The position numbers and the translations under genes were made by a program. A stretch of DNA of 64,000 bases from an uncultured Actinomycetes bacterium. GTDB taxonomy: Bacteria; Actinomycetota; Thermoleophilia; UBA2241. The notes beneath the pieces were generated by a model, which saw nothing but the letters and a program-made list of their open reading frames with translations, was not told the origin of the DNA and did not search any database. The stretch spans positions 64,001 to 128,000 of the forward strand of contig CAVRZA010000001.1 in the NCBI GenBank assembly GCA_963725665.1. Direction: 5' to 3'. Positions 39,013-49,470 of the stretch are shown here, in pieces (position 1 is the stretch's first letter; the number at the start of each line of letters is the position of its first letter).

Positions 39013-39031
39013 GTATGTTAGGCTAGCCTAA
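39013..39031 (-). promoter_or_regulatory. DtxR/IdeR iron box upstream of FTR1
   Basis: Minus strand TTAGGCTAGCCTAACATAC versus consensus TTAGGTTAGCCTAACCTAA. Confidence 0.8.
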
Positions 39032-39053
39032 AGTGGCGTCGGCGTAAAGGTCG

Positions 39054-39644
39054 TCAGAGCGCGGCCACGGCGCCGGCCACGACGGCGTAGTGGTAGGGAA
39101 GGGGCGGGCCCGGCGCAAGGGCGCGCCGCACGTGCAGGCCCATCGAACGCACGATGGCTTCGGTGCGCTCCAGCGAGAGCACGTGGGCCGCGGGTGGCCC
39201 GACGGGGCGCTCGATCGGAGCCCAGTCGACGATCACGAGGCGGCCGTCGGGCGCGAGGAGCCGCCTCATCTCGGCCAAGGCCTCGGTCTCGTCGTAGAGC
39301 TCGTGCCAGACGTTGACCGCCAGCACCACCTCGGCGGCCCCCTCGGGCAGCGGCACCTTGTTGGCCTTCGTCGCGACGATCTGCACCCTGGCGGCCAGCT
39401 TGGGCGTCAGCTTGGTCGCCAGGATATCGAGGAGATCACGGCTCAGGTCGACGGCGATCACGCGGCCGCGCGGCAGCGCGGCCGCGATGGGCAGGGTGTA
39501 GACGCCTGTGCCCGCGCCGTAGTCGACGACGGTCTCAACGCCAGTCAGGCCGAGCAGGTCGACGACGACGTCGGGGTGCTGCCAGTCGAGTCGGTCCGGG
39601 TCCTCGAGCTTGGCGGACTTGGCGGGGTCGAACTTACGAGCCAT
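39054..39644 (-). CDS. Class I SAM-dependent methyltransferase
   Basis: VVDYGAGTG, AVD, RLLAPDGRLVIVDW, GPP. Confidence 0.9.
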   Translation of the reverse strand: MARKFDPAKSAKLEDPDRLDWQHPDVVVDLLGLTGVETVVDYGAGTGVYTLPIAAALPRGRVIAVDLSRDLLDILATKLTPKLAARVQIVATKANKVPLPEGAAEVVLAVNVWHELYDETEALAEMRRLLAPDGRLVIVDWAPIERPVGPPAAHVLSLERTEAIVRSMGLHVRRALAPGPPLPYHYAVVAGAVAAL

Positions 39645-39957
39645 CGGCGCCGGGAGACGCCTGCAGGCATTGGGCGTACTTGAGGAAGGTCTCCAGGGCC
39701 CGCTCGATGGCCACCTCCGACGAGGCGTCCTCCTCGTCGAGCAAGCACTCGCGCACCTTGGTCGTGATCAGGTAGATGCCGACGCGGTCGAGCGCCGCTC
39801 TGGTAGCCGCGAGCTGGGTGAGGATGTCCTCGCAGTCCCGGCCCTCTTCGATCATACGCTGCAGACCGCGCGCCTGGCCCTCGACCCGGCGCAGCCGGTT
39901 GAGGATCTTGTCGACCTCTTCGAAATCGGCCTTTGCGCTCTTGAGGTCTTCGTTCAT
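39634..39957 (-). CDS. CsoR/RcnR family repressor lacking the Cu-binding His (CstR-like)
   Basis: NRLRRVEGQARGLQRMIEEGRDCEDILTQ...TTKVRECL. Confidence 0.88.
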   Translation of the reverse strand: MNEDLKSAKADFEEVDKILNRLRRVEGQARGLQRMIEEGRDCEDILTQLAATRAALDRVGIYLITTKVRECLLDEEDASSEVAIERALETFLKYAQCLQASPGADGS

Positions 39958-39965
39958 GGCCCGAC

Positions 39966-39984
39966 TATACCCCCGGGGGGTGTA
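39966..39984. promoter_or_regulatory. CsoR-family operator overlapping the -10 of the repressor gene
   Basis: TATACCCCCGGGGGGTGTA: C-tract/G-tract pseudo-palindrome with AT flanks. Confidence 0.8.
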
Positions 39985-40058
39985 ATGGGCAACGTGATAT
40001 CCTTGCTGCCCCTGCGCCGGTGACGATGTCGGCGATGTAGGGGGTACAGACACGCGAG

Positions 40059-41090
40059 ATGCAGAACCTTGGGCCACAACCGCGCTTGATGGCGGCGGGC
40101 GGCGGGGCGGAGGCGCGCGGCGCCTCCGCCCCGCCGCCCGCCGCTCCGTCCCCACCCGAGCCCGCACCTGAGCCCACGCCCCCGTCGCGGCGGCCTCGCT
40201 GGCTCGGCCGCCGCACCCTCGTCGGCGTCAGCGTGGCGATCGTCGTCGTCCTCGTGGTACTTGCCCTCACCACCGGCCTTGCGACCGATGTCCGCACCCT
40301 CATCGCCGACGTGGCGAAGTGGGTCGAGCACCTCTTCGCCGAGTACGGCTACCCGATCGTGTTCCTCGCCGTCCTGGGCGAGAGCGCGGGTTTGCCGCTC
40401 CCCGGCGAGACCATCCTGCTGATCGCGGGTGTCGCGGCCCAGCACGGCAGCCTCGCCTTGCCGGTCGTGTGGCTGCTCGGCGCCACCGCCGCGATCGTGG
40501 GCGACAACCTGGGCTACTGGGTGGGCCACTACGGCGGCCGGCCGTTGCTGATGCGCTACGGGCGCATCCTGGGAGTGCACGAGAGAGAGCTGCGCATCCT
40601 CGACAAGTACTTCGAGGTGCACGGGGCGAAGACCGTCTTCCTCGGGCGGTGGGTCATCTTCCTGCGGGTCTGGGCGGCCCTCTTCGCCGGCGCTGCGCGC
40701 ATGAACTGGAAGCGCTTCTTCATCTACAACGCGCTCGGCGGCACGGCCTGGGTCATCTCGATGAGCTCGCTCGCTTACATCTTCTCGTCCAGCATCAGTA
40801 GGCTGAAGGGCCTCTTCGGGGTCGTCGCCTGGGTACTGGCCTTCGTGGTGGCGGGGTTCGTCGTGGTGTTCGTCGCCCGCGAGCAGCGCAAGAATCTCGA
40901 GAAGTACGCACGCGAGGACGATGAGGCCGAGGGGACCGCGGCTTCTACGGCGAGCGACGGGCCCGCCGACGCGGGGCCCGCCGCGCCGGCGACGACCGAC
41001 GCGGCCGACGCCGAGTCGCGACCCAACACGGCCGACGCCGAGCCGGAACCTACTCAGGACAAGGGACCGTCGCCCGGTAGCGTTCCTTGA
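40059..41090 (+). CDS. DedA family protein with low-complexity termini
   Basis: ESAGLPLPGETILL, GDNLGYWVG, FLGRW, AGAARMNWKRFFIYNALGG. Confidence 0.92.
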   Translation: MQNLGPQPRLMAAGGGAEARGASAPPPAAPSPPEPAPEPTPPSRRPRWLGRRTLVGVSVAIVVVLVVLALTTGLATDVRTLIADVAKWVEHLFAEYGYPIVFLAVLGESAGLPLPGETILLIAGVAAQHGSLALPVVWLLGATAAIVGDNLGYWVGHYGGRPLLMRYGRILGVHERELRILDKYFEVHGAKTVFLGRWVIFLRVWAALFAGAARMNWKRFFIYNALGGTAWVISMSSLAYIFSSSISRLKGLFGVVAWVLAFVVAGFVVVFVAREQRKNLEKYAREDDEAEGTAASTASDGPADAGPAAPATTDAADAESRPNTADAEPEPTQDKGPSPGSVP

Positions 41091-41910
41091 GTTCGTTGAG
41101 CACGTCGTCAGGGATCGCACGGCCCTCGGCCCCGACCCCCAACACCACGTTGGGCTTCACCGCGCCGTGGAAGTCGGAGCCGCCCGTGGCGACCATGCCG
41201 TTGCGTGCCGCGATGTCGAGGCAGAGCCGCGTCGTGGCCTCGTCGTAGGTGCCGTAGTAGCACTCCAGGCCGGCGACGCCTCCCGCTGCCGCCGAACGCA
41301 CGATGCGCTCCAGCTCGATGGCGTCGACCGAGATGATCCCCGGGTGCGCAAGCGAACCGATCCCACCCGAACGGCGCAGCAGGCGGACCGCCTCGGACAG
41401 GGCGAGGCGGCGGCGGTCGACGTAGGCCGGGGCGCCCTTGCGCAGGAACCGCTCGAAGGCCTCCTCGATCGAGGAGACGTAGCCGCGCTGGCGCATGACC
41501 TCGCCGATGTGCGGGCGCCCTACGGCGCCGCCATCGGCGACCCGCGCCAGCGCCTCCGGCTCCACCGGGAAACCCAGCTCGGCCAGCCGTTCCAGGATGC
41601 GCGCGTTACGCACGTCGCGGTAGTGGCGCAGCTCCGCCAGCGCCGCGTGCAGCTCCTCGGTCGGCAGCTCGCAGAAGAAGTAGCCCAGCAGGTGGAGGGT
41701 GCGGTCCTCCCACTCGAGGCTCAGCTCGACACCCGGGACGACCTCGATGCCGAGCCGCTCGCCCGCGGCGAGGGCCTCCTCGAGCCCGTCGACGGTGTCG
41801 TGGTCGGTCACGGCCACGGCGCTCAAACCGAGATCGCGGGCGAGCTCGACGAGCTCGGTCGGGGAGACGGTGCCGTCGGAGTGGGTCGTGTGCGCGTGCA
41901 GGTCGATCAT
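41050..41910 (-). CDS. PHP domain protein (TrpH/YciV-like)
   Basis: DLHAHTTHSDG, TDHD, GVE, HLLGY, GRPH, AHP, GGSDFHG. Confidence 0.93.
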   Translation of the reverse strand: MIDLHAHTTHSDGTVSPTELVELARDLGLSAVAVTDHDTVDGLEEALAAGERLGIEVVPGVELSLEWEDRTLHLLGYFFCELPTEELHAALAELRHYRDVRNARILERLAELGFPVEPEALARVADGGAVGRPHIGEVMRQRGYVSSIEEAFERFLRKGAPAYVDRRRLALSEAVRLLRRSGGIGSLAHPGIISVDAIELERIVRSAAAGGVAGLECYYGTYDEATTRLCLDIAARNGMVATGGSDFHGAVKPNVVLGVGAEGRAIPDDVLNELKERYRATVPCPE

Positions 41911-41981
41911 CTTCTGGCCTACCGTACCACGACCGGGGCGCGGCGCGTTTCACGCGCCGCGCCCCAGGTAAGATACCGACT

Positions 41982-43055
41982 ATGCGCATCGGAATCATCG
42001 CTCCTCCGTGGTTCCCCCTGCCTCCCAAGGGCTACGGCGGCATCGAGCTCGTCGTCTCGCTTCTCACCGAGGGCCTCGTGCGCAATGGGCACAACGTGAC
42101 GCTCTTCGCCAGCGGCGACTCGGTCACGCTCGCGAGACTGTCGTCCGTCTTCTCGCGCGCGCCCAGCGAGCAGATCGCCACCGGCTTTCACCTCGAGGTG
42201 CTGCACGCCCTCGAGGCCTACTCGCACGCGCGCGAGTTCGACATCATCCACGACCACGACGGGCTCGCCGCGCGGTCGATGGGCGCCCTGGTCCACCGTC
42301 TCGTGGGCACCCCGGTCGTGGCCACGTTGCACGGACCGGCCGACTCGGGCACGCTGCTCTCCCTGGGTGTGCTGCGCGAAGCGGTGCGCTTCATCGCCAT
42401 CTCCGAGTACCAGCGCTCCGGGTTCCCCGACCTGCACTTCATCGGCACGATCCCCAACGGCATCGACGTCGACGGCTACCCCTTCTCGAGTGAGAAGGAC
42501 TCCTACTTCCTCTTCATCGGGCGCATGTTCGCCGACAAGGGTGCGCACACTGCGTGCGAGGTCGCGCGCCGGCTCGATGCGCGGCTGATCCTCGCCGGCA
42601 AGCTGAACGAGGACGCTGAGCGGCAGTACTTCGCCGAGTACGTCGAACCCTTCCTGAACGACAAGATCTTCTACCGCGGCGAGGTCGAGCACGACGTGAA
42701 GCTGGAGCTCTACCGCCGCGCCAGGTGCACGCTCTTTCCCATCCAGTGGCCCGAGCCCTTCGGCCTGGTGATGATCGAGTCGCTGGCCGCCGGCACGCCG
42801 GTCATCGCCTTCCGACGAGGGTCGGTGCCCGAGGTGATCGAGCACGGCCGCACCGGGTTCATCGTCGAGACCGTCGACGAGATGGTCGACGCCGCCAAGC
42901 ACATCGACGAGATCGACCCCGCGGAGTGTCGGCGCGCGGTCCAAGAGCGCTTCGGCATCGTCCCCTTCGTGGCGGCGCACGAGGAGGCCTACCGGCGCAT
43001 GCTCGACGAAGGGCCCGAGTGGTCCACATTGAGCATGCCGGGCCCCCTCGTCTAG
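41982..43055 (+). CDS. Glycosyltransferase family 4
   Basis: PPKGYGGIE, TLFASGDS, KGAH, EPFGLVMIESLAAGTPV. Confidence 0.93.
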   Translation: MRIGIIAPPWFPLPPKGYGGIELVVSLLTEGLVRNGHNVTLFASGDSVTLARLSSVFSRAPSEQIATGFHLEVLHALEAYSHAREFDIIHDHDGLAARSMGALVHRLVGTPVVATLHGPADSGTLLSLGVLREAVRFIAISEYQRSGFPDLHFIGTIPNGIDVDGYPFSSEKDSYFLFIGRMFADKGAHTACEVARRLDARLILAGKLNEDAERQYFAEYVEPFLNDKIFYRGEVEHDVKLELYRRARCTLFPIQWPEPFGLVMIESLAAGTPVIAFRRGSVPEVIEHGRTGFIVETVDEMVDAAKHIDEIDPAECRRAVQERFGIVPFVAAHEEAYRRMLDEGPEWSTLSMPGPLV

Positions 43056-43138
43056 CGAGGACGGGACGGTCCAGCCGGTGGCTGCCCAGTCGTCGGCGCA
43101 GTCACCGAGGTCGCGCGGGCACGACCGCTCGCTGCGCC

Positions 43139-45244
43139 CTAGAGCGCTGTAGCGCCGTCGTGGACTCGAGCGGCGGCCGCGTCGAAGAAGGCCGACACGA
43201 CGTCCGGGTCGAACTGCGACCCGGAGTTCCTGCGTAACTCCGTCAGCGCCTCCTCTGAGGGCATGGCCTTGCGGTAGGGGCGGTCGGACGTCATGGCATG
43301 GAAGGCGTCACAGGCGAGAAGCACGCGTGAGCCCAGGGGGATCTCGTCGGCGGTCAGCTGGTCGGGGTAACCGCTGCCATCCCAGCGCTCGTGCGCCGAA
43401 CGGACGATGCGGGCGACGGGGCGCAGATACTCGATGCGCGAGATGATGCGCTCGCCGATCACGGTGTGCTCGGCCATCACGGCGAACTCGTCGTCCGTCA
43501 GCTTCCCCGGCTTGTTCAGGATGGTGCCGGGGACCCCGATCTTGCCGATGTCGTGGAGGACGGCAGCATACTGAAGCTGGCGCTGCTCGCCCTCGCTGAG
43601 GCCAAGGCGCCGGCCCACGGCCGTCGCCATGCTCGCGAGGCTGTCGGCGTGCTCGGCCGTGTAATGGTCCTTCGCCTCCATGGCTGCCGCGAGGGCGGTG
43701 ACCGTCTGCAGGTTGATGGCGTCGAGCTTGGCGTAGACCTCAGCGTGCTGCAGCGCGACGGCGATCTGACCGGCGATCGCCCCGAGCAGGGCGAGATCAC
43801 CTTCGTTGTAGAAGCCACCGTCGTTCGTTCCCAGCGCCAACGTCCCCGCTAGTCTGCCGTTGGGAGCGATCGGGGCCGCAACCAGTGTCCCGGCATCGTC
43901 GCCGTCCGCACCGCGCTTCCCGCCCAGGGCCGGCTCTCCCGTGGCGCTCACCGCGGCGGCGAGGTGATCGGCGGCCGCCTGTGCGCCGTCGGGGTCACCG
44001 TAGCTGGTAGTGGCGCTCAGACCGAAGGGTTCCTCGTTCAAGTAGAGGATCGCGAAGTCGGCCGAGAAGACTTCGGCGACCATCTCGGTAAGGCGGCGCA
44101 GCTCCGTGCGCACGTCGGGCATCTGGGCAAGCGTCTCGCCGAAGGTGTTGAGGCTGGCGATCTCGACCGACAGCCCGCGGATCTTGCCCGCCATGGTCTC
44201 GAGCTCGTGGTTGACACGCTCGGACATCGTGTTGAACGCGACCGCGACCTCGCCGATCTCGTCGTTCGTCTTCACCTCGATGTGCTGGTGCGTGTCGCCG
44301 CGCGCGATGGCGGCTGCGGCCTGCGCCAGCCGCCGCAGCGGGCGGCCGATCATCGCCGTCACCAGCGCGCCGACCGCGATCGCGACGATCAGGGCGGTGA
44401 CCATCGCCAGGGCGCCGGTCGCCCGCAGTGTCGCGCCCGTGACGGCGACGTAAGAGCTCTCGACGCCGAGGCGGATCAAGCCGTGGAGCTCGCCGGCGCG
44501 GTCGCGAAGCTGCGTAAGGACGATGGTGGCAGCGCCGTCTGTGAACGGCATGCCCGGCTTGATGTTGGCCGGCAGCGTCGTGGGCACACCCATCGCCGAC
44601 GAAGCGACGAGACGACCATCTGAGTAGAGGCTGATCCGGCTTGCGCCGGTGTACTCGGCGACGTTTGCGAGCAGCTCGGAATCGATGGGCCGACCGAAGA
44701 CGACCGCTCCCCGTCTCGCCGAGCCTGGCGCCTTCGCCTCTACCACAGGACCGGCGCTGACGATGTAGGCATGGCCGTTGACGGTGGCGATGTCCCAACC
44801 CTTGGCCCCCTCGGTTGCGGCGGCCGCCACGATGGGCAGGTCGAACAGCGACGGAGCGCGCGCGAACTGCCCGCCTGCCGACACGATGTGGCCGTCCAGG
44901 GTGAGGACCTGGGCGCCCTTGAAGGCGGTGTGACTGGGGACCCAGAGGGTCACGTTCTTCTCTATCCACGCGACGTCGGCGTCCGCGATCGCTTTCGTGA
45001 GGAGCGTCGATTCGCCGATCGAGATGACCTGGTCCATGCCGTGGAGGCCCTCGTTACGGAGCGTCGCCATCATCGCCTGGCTGCGGTTGCTCATCTCGAG
45101 ACGCTCCTGCTGCTGCAACGCCTGCGAGGTGGAGCGGAAGCTCATGAAGGCGAAGACGGCGAGTGGCACGAGGGCCACGAGCACGAAGGCGATCAGCAGC
45201 TTGCGGCGGATGGTCAGTGCCGAACGGAGTCTACGCGTCGTCAT
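43139..45244 (-). CDS. Membrane HD-GYP phosphodiesterase (extracellular sensor-HAMP-GAF-HD-GYP)
   Basis: HAMP DEIGEVAVAFNTM; LHDIGK, HERWDGSGYP, DRPYR. Confidence 0.92.
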   Translation of the reverse strand: MTTRRLRSALTIRRKLLIAFVLVALVPLAVFAFMSFRSTSQALQQQERLEMSNRSQAMMATLRNEGLHGMDQVISIGESTLLTKAIADADVAWIEKNVTLWVPSHTAFKGAQVLTLDGHIVSAGGQFARAPSLFDLPIVAAAATEGAKGWDIATVNGHAYIVSAGPVVEAKAPGSARRGAVVFGRPIDSELLANVAEYTGASRISLYSDGRLVASSAMGVPTTLPANIKPGMPFTDGAATIVLTQLRDRAGELHGLIRLGVESSYVAVTGATLRATGALAMVTALIVAIAVGALVTAMIGRPLRRLAQAAAAIARGDTHQHIEVKTNDEIGEVAVAFNTMSERVNHELETMAGKIRGLSVEIASLNTFGETLAQMPDVRTELRRLTEMVAEVFSADFAILYLNEEPFGLSATTSYGDPDGAQAAADHLAAAVSATGEPALGGKRGADGDDAGTLVAAPIAPNGRLAGTLALGTNDGGFYNEGDLALLGAIAGQIAVALQHAEVYAKLDAINLQTVTALAAAMEAKDHYTAEHADSLASMATAVGRRLGLSEGEQRQLQYAAVLHDIGKIGVPGTILNKPGKLTDDEFAVMAEHTVIGERIISRIEYLRPVARIVRSAHERWDGSGYPDQLTADEIPLGSRVLLACDAFHAMTSDRPYRKAMPSEEALTELRRNSGSQFDPDVVSAFFDAAAARVHDGATAL

Positions 45245-45429
45245 GCGGTTCGATCTCGTCGCTTCCTTTGTGGGGCGCCTGCTGACCTTATCGGCCAGAA
45301 GGCGCGATGGCTTTCGCGCTTTTTCCCTGATACGCGCGTGTGACTAGACGAATGTACTGCCCGAGTCGGTGCGCGGGCGGTCTCATCCCCGCTTGTCGGG
45401 GGACTCGAGAAGGACGGTAAGGTTCGGCC

Positions 45430-46837
45430 ATGCCCCTGCCCTACGACGACGTCCATCTCATCGCCGACCCTCTCTACCGCTACATCCGCATCACGGTGGG
45501 CGGGGGAGCGGGCGAGACGACCGAGGCCGACATCATCGACCGGCCCTGGGTGCAGCGGCTCAAGCGCATCCACCAGCTGCAGAGCGCCTGGTGGGTCTTC
45601 CCGACGGCGGAGCACAGCCGCTTCGTGCACAGCCTGGGGACGATGCACCTCGCCGGCGAGCTCGCACGCCAGGTCTACCCGACGCTGCGCGAGGTCGAGT
45701 CGGGCGCTCCCTCACTGCCGGTCGTCGAGGAGACGCTGCGGCTTGGCCGGCCTCTTGCACGACGTCGGCCACGGTCCGTTCAGCCACTTCTTCGACGAGG
45801 AGGTCCTCTACCCGCGCTTCGGGCTCGACCACGAGCAGCTCTCGCAGCTCATCATCGTGGAGGAGCTGGGGGAGGCCGTAGAGGGTCTGCGCAGGAGCCC
45901 GAGCGGTCCGTTCGGCGCCGGGGAGGGCGTCGATCCGCGACACGTGGCGCACCTGATCCGCGCCGGCGCGACGGACGTCCCCGAAGAAGAGCCGCCGGCG
46001 CCGCGTTGGGTGGAGCTCCTGCACCGCGCGCTGTCGGGCGCCGTCACCGTCGACAACATGGACTACGTGCGCCGCGACGCCTACCAGTGCGGGGTCGCCG
46101 CCGGGCCCATCGACGTGGACCGCCTGATCTACTACACGTTCTGTACCGAGGAGGGGCTGACGTTCCACAAGCGCGCCCTGAGCTCGCTGCGCGCCTTCTT
46201 GAACGCACGCTTCTACATGTACGAGAACGTCTACTTCCACCGCATCTCGCGCGGCATCGACCTGCACCTCATGGAGATCTTCCCGGCCACGATGCGCCTT
46301 CTGCTGCCGGACGACCCGCGCTTCGACCGTTCGACGTACCAGCGACTCACCGAGTGGTGGCTCTTCGACGCCGTCGAGCGCTGGCTCGAGGAGCCGGCGG
46401 GAAGCGAGAAGCGGAGCCTCGCCGAGGAGTGGCGCGCCATCATCCACCGCGACGTGAAGTACCGCATGGTCTTCGAGCAGTCGATCGAGCGCCAGCAGCC
46501 GCTGCCGGCGATGCGCGACCTGACGCGCGAGGAGTTCGGGGCGGGGATTCGCGAGGCGCTGCCGGCGGCGCTCAAAGACCTCGTCTTCGCCGTCGACATC
46601 GCCTCGCAGGATCCCCGCCCCCTCAACCCGATGACCGGCCCCAAGCGGCTCCCGGTCTTCGACCCGGCCACGGGCCGCGTGGCCGACGAGCTGCTCAGCG
46701 GGATCCTGGAGTTCGTGCCCGCCAAGGCACATCTCTACCGCGTGTTCGCCACCGACCACACGCACGACCGCGAGCTCTCGCAGGCGGCTCGGGTCGTCCT
46801 CTCGCGGGTCGGGGAAGCCAGCCTCACCAACCTGTGA
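45430..46837 (+). CDS. HD-superfamily dNTP triphosphohydrolase-like protein (frameshift near 45745)
   Basis: QRLKRIHQL, AEHSRFVHSLG, LLHDVGHGPFSH, DNMDYVRRD, MYENVYFH. Confidence 0.88.
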
Positions 46838-46927
46838 CCCTCGCGACGCGGGCCGCAGAGGCTTCTGCTACCATGGAGCCGGTGGTCCGCCTCGTGGTGC
46901 CGCCGAGGTGGCACGAAAGGGGGTACC

Positions 46928-49424
46928 GTGACGCGCTGCGCCGTCTTCGTGTTCGCTGGACTCTCCCTGCTCGCGACGCTGCTCACGCTACCGGCTGTGG
47001 CTGCCGGCGCCGCCGTGCGGCAACGACCGGCAACGGCCGTTGCCGCCGCAACGGCGCCCGCAGCCTCGCCGGCCAAGTGGACCTACGCCATCTACGCCAA
47101 CGCCGACAACGACACCGAGTACTGCTGGTCCCGCTTCACGTTGCCTGCCCTCGAAGGCCCTGCCTGCCTCGCCCGACGTCAACGTCGTCGCCATGGTCGA
47201 CTGGTCGAGCGTCAAGAAGGGCGTACAGCTTCTCAAGATCTCGGGCGGCACTGTGCAGGTGGTGGCCCGCTGGCCCGACAAGGACTTCGGCCTGGGCGCC
47301 ACGTTCGAGTGGTTCCTGCGGCAGGTCAGCAGCCGCTTTCCCGCCGAGCATCTTGTCGTCAGCGGATGGGATCACGGCTACGGCTGGCGCTACTTCTCTC
47401 ACGACTTCACCTCGGGCCATCGCATCACGATGCCCCAGCTCCGGGCGGCCATCGTCGGCGCCGGCGTGCCGATCGACGTCCTCGCGTTCGACGCCTGTAA
47501 CATGGCCGACGTGGAGGTGGCCTACGAGATGGCGCTGACCGGGCGCGTCTCCTACATGGTCGGCTCGGAGGAGACGATCGACTCCGACGGGTTCCCGTAC
47601 GACGGCATGCTGGCACCGCTGCTCGCCGACCCGGCGCGAACACCCGAGCAGGTCGTGAACGACATGCTCGCCGGCTGGCAGCGCTACTACGATCCGGTGC
47701 GCTGCTTTAACCTCAACAACCTCTCGGCCATCGACCTCGCCAAGATCCTGCAGGGTCGGGCCGATCTGCGCGCCTGGATCGCGCGGCTGCGGACCGACCT
47801 GCCGCTCTACCGCGCCCGCTACGCGGTCGCGCTGCGACACAGCATCTACGCCTACGACTCGTGGCACGTCGATCTGGCCGATGTCGCGTCTCGTCTGGCT
47901 GCCGACACGGGCATCGACGACGTCGAGCTCAAGACGCTGTCGTCGACGGTGGCCGCCACAGCGCGTGGCGCCGTCGTCGGCGTGACCAACCCGGCCTACT
48001 CGCGGCGCTTCACCGGCATGACGCTGTGGTGGGGCACCGGGAGTGACTGGCGAGAGTATCGCGACGCCTACGGTCGGCAGGTGGCGTTCGGCAAGGACCT
48101 GGGTTGGGCCTCGTTCCTGCGTGCCTACAACGCGGGCGTGCGCGGGCCCACGAACGCTCCCTTCCCGCTTCTGGGCCGTACCACTTGCAGCCTCACCGAT
48201 ATCGCCTTCGCCGACGCGGCGCACGGGTGGGCGACCGGCTACGACGAGATCGCCAATCTGGCGGTCATCCTGCGCACCACAGACGGTGGCAAGCACTGGA
48301 GGACTTACCGCCCCGATTGGCTCTACAGCTACACGACCAGCTCCCTTGCCGTCGTCGACGGTCGGCGGGTCTGGGCGGTGGACAGCGCCGCCTACACCCC
48401 AAGCACGGACGGGTGTGACGGAAGTGCGATCCTGCGCACCTCGGACCGCGGCGCGCACTGGTCGTCGAGGATGCGCGGCGCACCCAAGTACCTTTCCGGG
48501 GTGGACTTCGTGACCCCAAGAAACGGATGGATCACCGGCGTCGACGATACTCTCCTGCACACCACCGACGGCGGCGCCCACTGGACGTCCGCCGGCACGC
48601 CTTCCAACTGCGACCTGTGGTCGGTCGACTTCATCGACGGCGGACACGGCTGGGTCGTGGGCGGCGACGCGGCGCTGATGCAGGGGGCCATCCGGCACAC
48701 CGACGACGGCGTCACCTGGGTCACGCAGAAGACCGTCACGGGCTCCGTCATCTACGGGCTCGACGCCCTCGACGGGTCACGCGCCTGGGCGGTCGGCGGC
48801 GATCCGGTCGCCGGGACCGGCGTGATACTTCACACCGGCGACGGGGGCACGACCTGGGACGTGCAGTACGGCGCCGCCGATGCGCCGTGGCTGAGCGATG
48901 TCACCTTCATTGACGGATCCACGGGATGGGCGGTCGGCGCGCGTGGAACGGTGCTGCGGACGATCGACGGCGGAACGAGCTGGCAGGCGGTGGACCTGGG
49001 CACGACGGCCGACCTTACAGCCGTCTCCTTCCCCACCAGTCAGGACGGCTGGATCGTTGGCGACACGGACCGCCTCTACCACACGTCTGATGGCGGCGCG
49101 ACCTGGGAGCTCGTCCGCGCCGACGTCGTCGGCCCGACGACGTCGGCGCCGGAGCCCGCCAAAGTGCGTCGGGGAGCGACCGCCGTGCTCCAGTACCGCG
49201 TCAGCGACGCGATAAGCCCGACCGCCGCCGTCGCGATCAGGATCGTGCGCTCTGGGACTGTTGTGAAGACGCTCGCGCTGGGCACGCAAACGACCGGCGT
49301 CACGCACGTCGCGAGGTTCGTCTGCCGTCTGGTGCGAGGGACGTACCGGTTCCGCGTCTCCGCTCGTGATGAGGCCGGCAACGCGCAGAGCAGGCGGGGG
49401 TCGAACACGCTGACCGTGCGCTGA
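46928..49424 (+). CDS. Secreted clostripain-family peptidase fused to YCF48/BNR beta-propeller and Ig-like domain (frameshift near 47155)
   Basis: KWTYAIYANADND, WDHG, FDACNM, GSEE; repeated TTDGGxxW. Confidence 0.85.
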
Positions 49425-49470
49425 TCAGGCCGGGCCGTGAGCGCGGCGCTGGCGCGACGAAGGGGGAGCC

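Noticed and set aside
45430-46837. HD dNTPase-like gene as an anti-phage nucleotide-depletion system
   Set aside because: Core-like codon usage and a housekeeping neighbourhood; this widespread family gives no specific defence signal here
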